Shown here: one piece after another, positions 9,789 to 19,061 of the stretch
Layout of the letters: each line of letters starts with the position of its first letter
Numbering within the stretch: the stretch's first letter is position 1
NCBI GenBank assembly: GCA_011364965.1
Contig: RDOB01000003.1
Span: 192,001-256,000, forward strand
Length of the DNA: 64,000 nt
DNA from: Candidatus Heimdallarchaeota archaeon
GTDB taxonomy: Archaea > Asgardarchaeota > Heimdallarchaeia > Hodarchaeales > Hodarchaeaceae
Direction of reading: 5' to 3'
Notes under the pieces: model-generated
What the model was told of the DNA's origin: nothing
The model's input: only the letters and a program-made list of their open reading frames with translations
Database searches by the model: none
Made by a program: the position numbers and the translations under genes

Positions 9789-10703
9789 TTATCCTTTATA
9801 CCTCTTTGCCATCTCAATTATATGGCTTACCCTCCAATCTTCAAAATGAAACCCTTCACCCCCAGTAACTGTATCCGTGGAAGTTACATCTGGGAATCTT
9901 TCTTTAAGCTCCTCTTCTATATTTCTAATCATTTTTATGTTTGGAGCAAAGAAGCTTAAAATAACTACGGGCTTTTCCACAACTATCCATCCAACCCAAA
10001 AGTTCTCAGTGAAAGCTCGCATCGAATTTTGAAAAAATTCTATCTTATTCGATTCCAGTTTCAACGTGCAGAAGATTGTGAATATAATTAATTCTTCGGA
10101 TGAACCAGGAGACAATATTGTCGAGAAATAAATGAGCTCTGTTCTAGAAAGACGATCCAGTCTTTTCTTCAATGTTCGAGTTGAAATTTGAGTTCGTTCT
10201 GAAAGGGTTTGTAATGGCATTCTACCATTATTTCTTAGTTCAGTAATTATTTTATAATCTGCAGGAGCGATTTCAGGTTTATCGCTTATTGGTTTTGATA
10301 ATAACAAGAAAATTTCAACTTTCTCTACATATGAAATAGACTTTAGCCAATTCTCAAGCTCTATAACTTCTGAGCTTGATTTATATGTAAAAACAGCGAT
10401 TAGTTTATTCCCGATCCCCACACCAACTGTGAAAACTAGCTCATGGTTACCAATAATATCCACTACTTCTTCTAAGCGTTCTGCCGCATTAGAAACGTTG
10501 ATTCGCGCAAGTCCAGTTTCTTCGCCTAGAATTCCAAAGCTCAATTCACATGAATATCCTTTGATAACACCCTCTTTTTCCAATTTATTAACGCGCTTTT
10601 TTACAGCATTGAGACTCAATTTTACATTTTTGGCAACAGTAGAAAAAGGCATTCGGCTACTTGAATGAAGTAATTTTATAATTTCAAGATCCTTTGAGTC
10701 CAT
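9789..10703 (-). CDS. Tandem (double) Lrp/AsnC-family regulator
   Basis: Two HTH-AsnC units (MDSKDLEIIKLL...; ADYKIITELRNNGRMP...). Confidence 0.88.
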   Translation of the reverse strand: MDSKDLEIIKLLHSSSRMPFSTVAKNVKLSLNAVKKRVNKLEKEGVIKGYSCELSFGILGEETGLARINVSNAAERLEEVVDIIGNHELVFTVGVGIGNKLIAVFTYKSSSEVIELENWLKSISYVEKVEIFLLLSKPISDKPEIAPADYKIITELRNNGRMPLQTLSERTQISTRTLKKRLDRLSRTELIYFSTILSPGSSEELIIFTIFCTLKLESNKIEFFQNSMRAFTENFWVGWIVVEKPVVILSFFAPNIKMIRNIEEELKERFPDVTSTDTVTGGEGFHFEDWRVSHIIEMAKRYKG

Positions 10704-10849
10704 CTGAATTTCTATCCAAGGTTATGATGGGAATCAAAAGAACTTTTTCTGGTTTTTGAATCCTAGAGTGCAAAATTGGGAAGCTAAATTTCGTCCCATA
10801 TGAGCTTTTCTTCACTTTAAAATGTCAAAACGTTTAAATTAGTAATTAA

Positions 10850-11140
10850 TTGTTAATTAAATTAAAAATAATTCATGAGATGGAAACTATGAAACAAGAA
10901 AAAAGATTAATTCCCCAGAAAATCGCTTTGGAATTATGTGAGGAAGTTCGTATTAAAAACCAGAAACAAAATTGGCCTTTTGGCATCGGGAAAATGCAAT
11001 GCCATTTCTGTTGGTATTTTGGGAGGAAAGCCTATAATGCAGGTAACCCAGAGAAATTATGCGCGTTCGGTGCAGATAATAATCGTGGGTGTTGGCAAAT
11101 CAACAAATTGTTTGATACTAGGATGTATTCACAAAGCTAG
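10850..11140 (+). CDS. Small Cys-rich hypothetical protein (true start probably a later ATG)
   Basis: C-x20-CHFC-x16-C-x9-C pattern; divergent from Lrp. Confidence 0.6.
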   Translation: MLIKLKIIHEMETMKQEKRLIPQKIALELCEEVRIKNQKQNWPFGIGKMQCHFCWYFGRKAYNAGNPEKLCAFGADNNRGCWQINKLFDTRMYSQS

Positions 11141-11236
11141 AAGTTAAGATGGAATTCAAGGATTTGGAGCTAATAAAGCATATTGAAATATAAATTTCTT
11201 ATATAAATTTCTTATACAAAGAGTTATTGACTGCGA

Positions 11237-12472
11237 TTGACCAAAGTCCTAAAATTAAATAGTCCTCCCCATAGATTGGTGACAATTAAAGTGAATAATA
11301 CTTATAATTTTGATCAAGTAATCGATCGTCGAAAAACAGATTCAATTAAATGGAATGATGAATTTCTAAAAGAATATTTCAAAGGAGAAAACCTTCTTCC
11401 ATTATGGGTTGCAGATATGGACTTTCGGGCTCCTCAACCAGTAATTGATGCTCTTGTGGCACGAGCAAAACATGGAATTTTTGGGTATGGAACTGCAGGT
11501 TGGCCTGAGTATTTTGAAAGTGTAATTTCATGGTTTTCTAGACGATATAACTGGAACATCAAAAAGGATTGGTTTGTTCATGCCCCTGGAATTGTTCCAG
11601 CGTGTTATTATATAATTCAGCGATTCAGCCATCCGGGGGATAAGATTATCATTCAAAATCCTGTGTATTATCCCTTTGCATCTGGAATCATATCAAACGG
11701 GAGAATTGTTGCCTCTAACGACTTGAAACTGGAAAATGGTAGATATACAATGGATTTTGAAGACTTGGAGAAGAAAGTTAAAGATCCACTTACAAAAATG
11801 ATAATTTTATGCAGTCCCCATAATCCTGTTGGGCGTGTGTGGATAAAAGAAGAATTAGAACGGTTGGGAGAAATTTGTTTTAGTAATGGAGTCTTAATAG
11901 TTTCAGATGAAATTCATTGTGATTTGACCTATCCCTCCATCAAACACACCATTTTTGCATCTATTTCGGAGGAACTCGCTCAAAATACCATCACATGCAC
12001 TGCAGGGAGTAAAACCTTTAATCTTGCAGGTTTGCATCATTCAAATGTCATAATTTCGAACTCTAAATTAAGAGAAGAATTTAAAACTCAATTAAGAATA
12101 AATGGCTTGATGACACCAAACATTTTTGGAACACACGCCTTACAAGCTGCGTATAGTAAATGTGAAGATTGGTTAGACGCTCTGATGGTATATTTACAAA
12201 AGAATTTAGAATTTTTAAAGAAGTTTTTAAGGAAGAACTTCCCACAAGTGAAAATTATTGAACCTGAGGGTACATATTTAGTTTGGATGGACTTCAGAGA
12301 ATTAAACCTATCAGGAAAAGATCTTCAATCCAAGTTAATTGAAGCCAAGGTTGCACTTGATCCAGGACACATTTTTGGATCTGGAGGAGAGGGATTCATG
12401 CGCATCAACATTGCTTGTCCCCAAAGTACTTTAGAGGAATCATTGAATCGAATAGTAAGGGCATTTATTTGA
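11237..12472 (+). CDS. MalY/PatB-family PLP C-S lyase (cystathionine beta-lyase-like)
   Basis: LPLWVADMDF, LCSPHNPVGRVW, SDEIH, SKTFNLAG. Confidence 0.93.
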   Translation: MTKVLKLNSPPHRLVTIKVNNTYNFDQVIDRRKTDSIKWNDEFLKEYFKGENLLPLWVADMDFRAPQPVIDALVARAKHGIFGYGTAGWPEYFESVISWFSRRYNWNIKKDWFVHAPGIVPACYYIIQRFSHPGDKIIIQNPVYYPFASGIISNGRIVASNDLKLENGRYTMDFEDLEKKVKDPLTKMIILCSPHNPVGRVWIKEELERLGEICFSNGVLIVSDEIHCDLTYPSIKHTIFASISEELAQNTITCTAGSKTFNLAGLHHSNVIISNSKLREEFKTQLRINGLMTPNIFGTHALQAAYSKCEDWLDALMVYLQKNLEFLKKFLRKNFPQVKIIEPEGTYLVWMDFRELNLSGKDLQSKLIEAKVALDPGHIFGSGGEGFMRINIACPQSTLEESLNRIVRAFI

Positions 12473-12482
12473 TTAAAAGTGT

Positions 12483-14360
12483 TTATGCAAGTGGTAGGAC
12501 AACTTCAACCTTTGTGCCTATTTTTAGAATTTTATCTCGATATTCAATCAGATAATATCCTTGAGAAAATTCAACAGCTAAATTGAGCATCACATATCCT
12601 AGCCCAGTCCTTATATCGAGATTTTGAAGTGGATCTTGTAAAATTTCCCTCATTTCTTCCTGAATGCCCAAACCATTATCAGAGAATGATATATGTACAA
12701 AATTAGGTGTTCTTTCTTCAAGCTCAATAACAAGTTCCTTTTTAATGGTAGCATTATATATTAATGCATTCAACCCTATTTCAACAAATGAACTTTGTAA
12801 TATCGGATTATACCGCACCTTTATAGGTTTTGAGAGAGTATTTCTTAATATAATGTCTTTTTCCTCGTTCTCTTTAAGGATATAATCAATATTAATCTGT
12901 TTTACAACTTCTTTCATTAATGATTCAAGATCCATTAAATTCTCTTTGACTGAATCACTAGTTAAAAATCTTAATTCTCCTATTTGGTGTATAAGATGAC
13001 TTATTTTCTCAATTTTTTTATAGGTTGTATTCAAAAACTGAGGGTCTTTCTTTGATTCCTGCAATTCTATGGCAAAAAAATGCCCCTGTAGTGCATTTCT
13101 AAGATCATGACCAATGATATTGAACAAAATGTCAGCTCTACGCTTCTCTGAGAGAAGTTGTTCTATTGGAGGGGAATAACGCAAAACTGCAACCCCAAAG
13201 ATTCCAAACGCTGCAATAAACACGATAAGAATGAATACAATGAATATTAGCCCATTTGTTAATAAATATTGCCCGGCACTCTGTTCCCATATCTCTGCCA
13301 AGTCCTGAGCTATTTCTGCTATTTCAGCTTTCTCTACAACAATAGTTAGTATCATATTCGGATCTTTGATATGCTGGAAAACAATTAATTTTTCTTTGAT
13401 TTCACCATTTGTTGTCAAGAGCATCGCTGTGAAGTTCCCCTGCGGATTTTCAATAATATAGTCCAATTTATCAAGAAGATCCGTGTTATTAATGCTGGAG
13501 AGGTTTTCAGCCTGTATTAGTTCATCATATCCGCGATGAATAGAGGTGATATTAGATTTAACGAGGATATTTAGTGATGGGTCAATTAAGATAGCATAAC
13601 CACTATTTTTATACTCAATAGCAGAGATTCGTTCACTGATCGACTCAAATGATAGGTCAATGCCCAATACACCAAAAAAATCGGAATTATTGAAAAAAGG
13701 AATAGATAATGTAGCTACTAGCCGATTAGCTAAAGCATCTGTATATATAGACCAGAACGTTCCATTCTTTTCTTTCGCTCCAATATACCAAGGTCTTTGT
13801 CTTGAATCGAATTCTGAGCTTGGAGTAATCTCTGTGAGATTTACATAAGGAAAAAACCTGTTAACACCAACCTCTGTTCCTAAATACACCTGATAAACTG
13901 ATGGGGAGTTCACAAAGGAAGAAAAATAAATTCCTATAGATGAAAAGACAGATAATGTTTGATTAACTGTATTATTAAGAGAAACGAAACTAGGAATGAA
14001 TATGTCTCCGATTCCGACGTCCGAAGAGAGACCCCAAGCTCCTCCAGGGAATTGCTTTATTAAAGTCCATCGATCATCTTCTATAGGACTTAATAAGAGA
14101 TTTTGCACAAAACATCGTAGATTAAGAATTTCACTGTTATAGCTGGCAAAATAAGTCTCTAGAATTCCTGTTTCAGCATATACACGGTATTTCAATTCCG
14201 ATTGAGCAGCAGAGAATGCCTGATCTTTTGCGATCTCAGTAGCTTGATTCGAAGTTTGGTTGATTAAATGAAAACCAATTATTGTCGCAATAAGTAGAGG
14301 TATAATTGCCAATATTCCAAAGATGGCTATGATTCGTGGAGAGATCTTACGATAATTCAT
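12483..14360 (-). CDS. Membrane sensor histidine kinase with dCache domain
   Basis: TM-dCache (FDSRQRPWY...Y.D...GID)-TM, H-box GHDLRN, DNGLGI, TGLGY. Confidence 0.88.
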   Translation of the reverse strand: MNYRKISPRIIAIFGILAIIPLLIATIIGFHLINQTSNQATEIAKDQAFSAAQSELKYRVYAETGILETYFASYNSEILNLRCFVQNLLLSPIEDDRWTLIKQFPGGAWGLSSDVGIGDIFIPSFVSLNNTVNQTLSVFSSIGIYFSSFVNSPSVYQVYLGTEVGVNRFFPYVNLTEITPSSEFDSRQRPWYIGAKEKNGTFWSIYTDALANRLVATLSIPFFNNSDFFGVLGIDLSFESISERISAIEYKNSGYAILIDPSLNILVKSNITSIHRGYDELIQAENLSSINNTDLLDKLDYIIENPQGNFTAMLLTTNGEIKEKLIVFQHIKDPNMILTIVVEKAEIAEIAQDLAEIWEQSAGQYLLTNGLIFIVFILIVFIAAFGIFGVAVLRYSPPIEQLLSEKRRADILFNIIGHDLRNALQGHFFAIELQESKKDPQFLNTTYKKIEKISHLIHQIGELRFLTSDSVKENLMDLESLMKEVVKQINIDYILKENEEKDIILRNTLSKPIKVRYNPILQSSFVEIGLNALIYNATIKKELVIELEERTPNFVHISFSDNGLGIQEEMREILQDPLQNLDIRTGLGYVMLNLAVEFSQGYYLIEYRDKILKIGTKVEVVLPLA

Positions 14361-14482
14361 GTTTTACAGGTCTTCTTATTTTTTTTTTAATATTAGCTTA
14401 GCCATTGATTTTATCCCTTTTAATTATTCGCGATTTAAAGCAATAAACACCAAATAAAATCTATAGATTCAAAAAAAATTAA

Positions 14483-15019
14483 TTATTCTTTTTTGTATAT
14501 TTGAATTCCATTTATCAACTCTAAAAATGAGAATCCGTGAATCTGCAAAAGAGCTTTTAGAGATTTATTAAAGGACTTAATTGCTATTTTTCCATCAGCT
14601 CGACATACTCGAGCAATTTCGTTTAGCACCTGCTCCATTAGAGACCGATCTCTCAACATTCTTGGCAATCCAAAGAAAAATACAAGATCTATACTGTCCT
14701 CAGGAACTGGAATATCCTTTGCATTTGCTAAATATACCTCCACGTTCGAAATATTTGATTTTTGTAATTTCTCTTGAACTTTACTAATCGCTAATGGATG
14801 GATATCTATTGTGGTCACTTTCCCTGTTTTAGTTACAAGATTACTGGCTGGAATTGTAAAAAAACCTGGTCCACATCCAATTTCAAGAACATTTTGTCCT
14901 TTAGCTAATCCTGCATCAATCAGGGTCTTTTCAGGATTTGAAAACTTTCTACGAAGAGGATTGTCGTGAATAAAAGCCATTATTTGGAACGCCCAATTTG
15001 AACTTGTCTTCTCGAGCAT
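14483..15019 (-). CDS. Class I SAM-dependent methyltransferase
   Basis: VLEIGCGPG motif I. Confidence 0.9.
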   Translation of the reverse strand: MLEKTSSNWAFQIMAFIHDNPLRRKFSNPEKTLIDAGLAKGQNVLEIGCGPGFFTIPASNLVTKTGKVTTIDIHPLAISKVQEKLQKSNISNVEVYLANAKDIPVPEDSIDLVFFFGLPRMLRDRSLMEQVLNEIARVCRADGKIAIKSFNKSLKALLQIHGFSFLELINGIQIYKKE

Positions 15020-15092
15020 TATTATAGCCCTCTTTACAGAAACTAAATTAATTTCAAGTAAACCATGATTTTCCTAAAAAGATAGTAAAGAA

Positions 15093-16229
15093 TTAATCCT
15101 TCCCAAATCGAGTAAAAAGGATAATTCCTATAATTGTCACAATTAAACAAAAGATACTGACTACTAAGACATCTATGAGTATAGTTTCACTTAGTGCTGG
15201 CGCACCACGTAGGAAAAGGGATGTTAAAGCATCAGTAACATAAAAGCTGGGAACGAGTCGACCAAGATCCTCAGAGATAGGTACGAATGTTCCAAGAAAC
15301 ATTTGAGGAAGAATAAAAATGAAACTGACTCCTGTTGCAGCACCAGGACTATTAACTATGGTTGCAGTTATTAATCCAAAACCTATATTACATATAACCA
15401 GAAGTAGGACGAGTACAAAAGCTATGAAAAATCCTAAGAATTCAGTTTTTGGAGTAAAACCCATAATTCCCGCCATTATAAAGATAATACTGACTTGAAC
15501 AATGGCAAGAAGAGTATTAGCAAATATAGTGCTAGTAATAATTTCAGATGGAGTTGTAGGCGTCACTTGAATCCGATTCAACAATCCAGTAGCTCTTTCT
15601 TCCGTGAAGCTCTCTGCTATGATCATTGTTGTGAATATCGCAGCAAATGCAAACATTCCAGGAGCCATAAAGTCAAATTGCGTAAAATGTTCAGCATCAA
15701 CTTTTTCAGCAGTACCCAATTGAATAGGCTGAGGAGTATTTGAAAAATCTTCTCCATAAAGTGTTTGCATTATTATTTGCTGAATTAGAGGAGGAATAGC
15801 ATTACTTACAATTAGAGATCCTTCATCCACATATAAATCAACTGTTGCATTATACCACGAACTAGGTGTTATTGGATCTGCCCAGAAGGAATCGCAGCTT
15901 TGACCGAAGTTCGTGGGGATAATAACTACCGCGTCGACTCGTCCTTGTTGAAGATCAGAAACTGCAGTACCAATATCGTCATAGCTTGAAATACTCATTA
16001 CTTCGCTATCTGAGAGATTGGTTTTGAACCAATCTGACCAATCCGAATTATCAAGATCTACCACTCCAATACTATAGGTCGTTTCTCCAGTTCCAAATGA
16101 TCCAAAAGCTAAACCAAATGCAAGAGTAAGAATCAGGGGAAATATTAATGTTAAAAATAAATATCCAGGAATTCGAATATTCTTCTTGAGTTCTTTCTTT
16201 GTTAATGCTGATAATGTCTGTATTTTCAT
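15093..16229 (-). CDS. ABC-2 type exporter permease
   Basis: 1+5 TM topology, GVVDLD, EERATGLL. Confidence 0.9.
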   Translation of the reverse strand: MKIQTLSALTKKELKKNIRIPGYLFLTLIFPLILTLAFGLAFGSFGTGETTYSIGVVDLDNSDWSDWFKTNLSDSEVMSISSYDDIGTAVSDLQQGRVDAVVIIPTNFGQSCDSFWADPITPSSWYNATVDLYVDEGSLIVSNAIPPLIQQIIMQTLYGEDFSNTPQPIQLGTAEKVDAEHFTQFDFMAPGMFAFAAIFTTMIIAESFTEERATGLLNRIQVTPTTPSEIITSTIFANTLLAIVQVSIIFIMAGIMGFTPKTEFLGFFIAFVLVLLLVICNIGFGLITATIVNSPGAATGVSFIFILPQMFLGTFVPISEDLGRLVPSFYVTDALTSLFLRGAPALSETILIDVLVVSIFCLIVTIIGIILFTRFGKD

Positions 16230-16234
16230 ATACT

Positions 16235-16981
16235 TTACACCTCTTCTCGAATTTTCCTTCCTGTAATCTTAATAAATACCTCTTCTAAATTCTCTACATT
16301 ATGCTCAGCGAGAAGGGCTTTAGGAGTGTTTAATGCTATTAATTTTCCGTTATCAATTATCCCAACACGATCGCAGAGAGCCTCTGCTTCTTCAATATAA
16401 TGCGTTGTGAGGATAACTGTTTTTCCTTGGGTTTTCAAGTCCCTTATAAACTGCCATACAGCACGACGAGATTGAGGATCCATGGCCACGGTTGGTTCAT
16501 CTAGAAATGCAATATCTGGATCATTAATCAAAGCCATCACAAGACTAATTCTTCTAATCATTCCTCCACTATAGTCCCCTGCTTTTCGCTTAGCATCTTC
16601 TCCCAATCCTATTTTCTCGATAAGATCCTGTGCGCGGTTTTTAAGGATGTTTTTCGGCATATGATGTAAATTCCCAAATAATTCCACATTTTCTTGGCCT
16701 GTTAGATAGGTATAGTATGCAGGTTCCTGAGGACAGACACCAATTATCGATCTTAGGTGTCTTGCGTCTTTTAGAACATCATATCCCCCCACAACAGCTT
16801 TTCCAGAGGTAGGTTTTAACAAGCCAATAAGAATATTGATAGTAGTAGTTTTTCCAGCACCATTCGGCCCTAATAAACCGAAAAGTTCCCCCGCATTCAC
16901 TGTAAAACTTAAATCATCAACTGCTGTAATACTTGAGAATTTTTTTACTAAATTTTGGACATTAATGCCATTTGATTTCAT
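16235..16981 (-). CDS. ABC exporter ATP-binding protein (DrrA-like)
   Basis: GPNGAGKTT, YSGGM, LDEPT, TTHY. Confidence 0.95.
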   Translation of the reverse strand: MKSNGINVQNLVKKFSSITAVDDLSFTVNAGELFGLLGPNGAGKTTTINILIGLLKPTSGKAVVGGYDVLKDARHLRSIIGVCPQEPAYYTYLTGQENVELFGNLHHMPKNILKNRAQDLIEKIGLGEDAKRKAGDYSGGMIRRISLVMALINDPDIAFLDEPTVAMDPQSRRAVWQFIRDLKTQGKTVILTTHYIEEAEALCDRVGIIDNGKLIALNTPKALLAEHNVENLEEVFIKITGRKIREEV

Positions 16982-17423
16982 CTACTCACCCATAATTTCG
17001 TTTTTCTTTTCCTTCTAGCAAAATCGCTTTGAAAGAGTGCTCAAAATTTCTAACCCTTTGCTATCCATCAAGAAATTAATATGTTCTTTAAGAAGGAGCG
17101 AAAAAGAATTTAGTATTAATGGTAAGGATTGTGGTAAAAAAATTTTTAAAAAAGTTTTAGTACCGAAAAAAAATTAATAATTATATTTTTGTTAAATTGA
17201 GAGCAATAAATTCAAAAAACAGCCAAATGATCCTAGCTAAATGTTTTTTTCTAGATTTATTTATTAGAAGATAAAAGAGTAATAAGATCAAGATAATTTT
17301 TGCATTATCAATGAGAAGAATGGATGAGGGAGAACCGTTTAATCAACAAACTAGATTTTTATGAGAGCAAAATTAACAATTCTAAGTAATTTGGGTTCCT
17401 TTTCAGATTTTAAACTCAGGAAG

Positions 17424-17704
17424 ATGAAAATCATGTCTGCCAATCCCCCGAATGAAATAAATCCAGATTTAAATCTCTCAGATTATAAAATTACTAATAA
17501 GGACGCTTCTGGCTTATTATTGCAATTTTAAGTATTTCAAGTCAAATTGCATGGATTGCAGAAAATGCATGGTTCAATGCCTTCGTTTTTGATGCTTTAA
17601 TACCTGACCCTCAACCTGTTGCAATGATGGTTTTCTTTAATGCGATTACTGCAACTGTCACCATTTATATAATGGGAAGTCTCAGTGATGAAAAATATGA
17701 ATAA
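17424..17704 (+). pseudogene. Truncated, frameshifted N-terminus of an MFS transporter
   Basis: Read manually: MKIMSANPP...KITNK, then a frameshift to RFWLIIAILSISSQIAWIAENAWFNAFVFD...PDPQPVAMMV...MGSLSDEK, stopping at MFS motif A after TM2. Confidence 0.7.
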
Positions 17705-17848
17705 ATCTCTGTGAATCTTTTGGTAAGTCCAGCAAGAATACCGTGATATTCGTAGATTGGCACGTTCCAACTTATTCCTTCTTCTGCTTTTAGAATAGCG
17801 AGTTATAAAGTAAATATCACCCTGCATAGATGATTTTATAAACTCAGG

Positions 17849-18451
17849 ATGAATACTATGATTATGCGCAAGCCATTAATTACTACATTCAAAAAAGAGT
17901 TGTCATTAGAACAACGTGAAGAATTACTCAGAGTATTGAAAGCCCGTTTTGAGGAAAACATGAACCGCCATAAAGGTCTTGAATGGGCAAAAGTACATGC
18001 TAAGCTGGAAGCAAATACTGAAAAACTGTGGTCACTCAATGAAATGGAAAGAACTGGCGGTGAACCAGATGTTGTTGGTTATGATAAAAAAACAAGCGAA
18101 TACATTTTTTATGATTGTTCTGCGGAAAGTCCTAAAGGCCGAAGAAATGTTTGTTACGACCGTGAAGGGCAGGAAGCGAAGGAAAAGCGAGGGGTGCATC
18201 CAGAAGGTAACGTTATTGATATGGCAACGACCATGGGCATTGAGCTTTTAACGGAAGAGCAATATCGAGAGTTGCAGAAACTTGGAAATTTCGATACGAA
18301 GACGTCTAGCTGGGTGAAAACACCTTCTGATATTAGAAAACTCGGCGGTGCCATCTTTGCTGATCGCCGTTACGGCAATGTCTTCGTGTATCATAACAGT
18401 GCGCCTTCTTTCTACGGCGTTAGGGCGTTCCGTGGTTCGCTAAGGGTTTAA
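17849..18451 (+). CDS. DUF4256-family protein
   Basis: LKARFEENMNRH, EMERTGGEPDVV, DCSAESPKGRR, FDTKTSSW, FRGSLRV. Confidence 0.85.
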   Translation: MNTMIMRKPLITTFKKELSLEQREELLRVLKARFEENMNRHKGLEWAKVHAKLEANTEKLWSLNEMERTGGEPDVVGYDKKTSEYIFYDCSAESPKGRRNVCYDREGQEAKEKRGVHPEGNVIDMATTMGIELLTEEQYRELQKLGNFDTKTSSWVKTPSDIRKLGGAIFADRRYGNVFVYHNSAPSFYGVRAFRGSLRV

Positions 18452-18625
18452 ATTTTGTTATCTAATATTTTCAATCCCATTCTTAGTGTATTATTTTCAT
18501 TGAATATCCTAGAGTAACTTACAATTAAAAAGTTCACAATAAACTCTATTTTCCAGAAAATCCGATTTATGGAAAATTTATCACTATTTTAAACAATTTA
18601 TCATTTATTTTGGAAACTCACACTA

Positions 18626-19045
18626 TCAATGATTACTAAATTCCAAAGAGAGGGAATTAATGCAGTATCTTAAACCACCCATTTCTTTAGGACCATCATT
18701 AAAAACATGTCCAAGATGACCTCCACAGGTTTTACATAATACTTCTTTTCTGATCATGCCATGGGAAGTGTCTTTTCGGGTGATGACAGTACCTTCCTCA
18801 TTATTGGCAAAACTTGGCCATCCGCAGTTCGAATGGAATTTCTGATCTGATTTGAAAAGTACAGTGCCACAACCTCCACATTTATATTCCCCTTGCTCAA
18901 AATGATTCCAAAATTTGCCTGAAAAAGCCTGCTCTGTACCAGATTGTCGTAAAACAAAAAATTGCTCTGGTGCGAGTATTTTTTTCCATTCATCATCAGT
19001 TGTTGGGATTTTTTTATCTTTTTTCATTTCAATTTGATTATTCAT
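18626..19045 (-). CDS. msrB: Peptide-methionine (R)-S-oxide reductase
   Basis: GTEQAFSG, CGWPSF, HLGHVFNDGP, RYCINS, two CxxC. Confidence 0.97.
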   Translation of the reverse strand: MNNQIEMKKDKKIPTTDDEWKKILAPEQFFVLRQSGTEQAFSGKFWNHFEQGEYKCGGCGTVLFKSDQKFHSNCGWPSFANNEEGTVITRKDTSHGMIRKEVLCKTCGGHLGHVFNDGPKEMGGLRYCINSLSLEFSNH

Positions 19046-19061
19046 GGTAAGTGTTTAAATC

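Noticed and set aside
11188-11216. 13-bp tandem duplication ATATAAATTTCTT
   Set aside because: Only two AT-rich units with no spacers; not CRISPR, probably slippage
17597-17827. 76-aa minus-strand ORF, considered as a possible transposase fragment
   Set aside because: No DDE or HUH motifs or terminal repeats; the opposite strand is better explained as an MFS remnant
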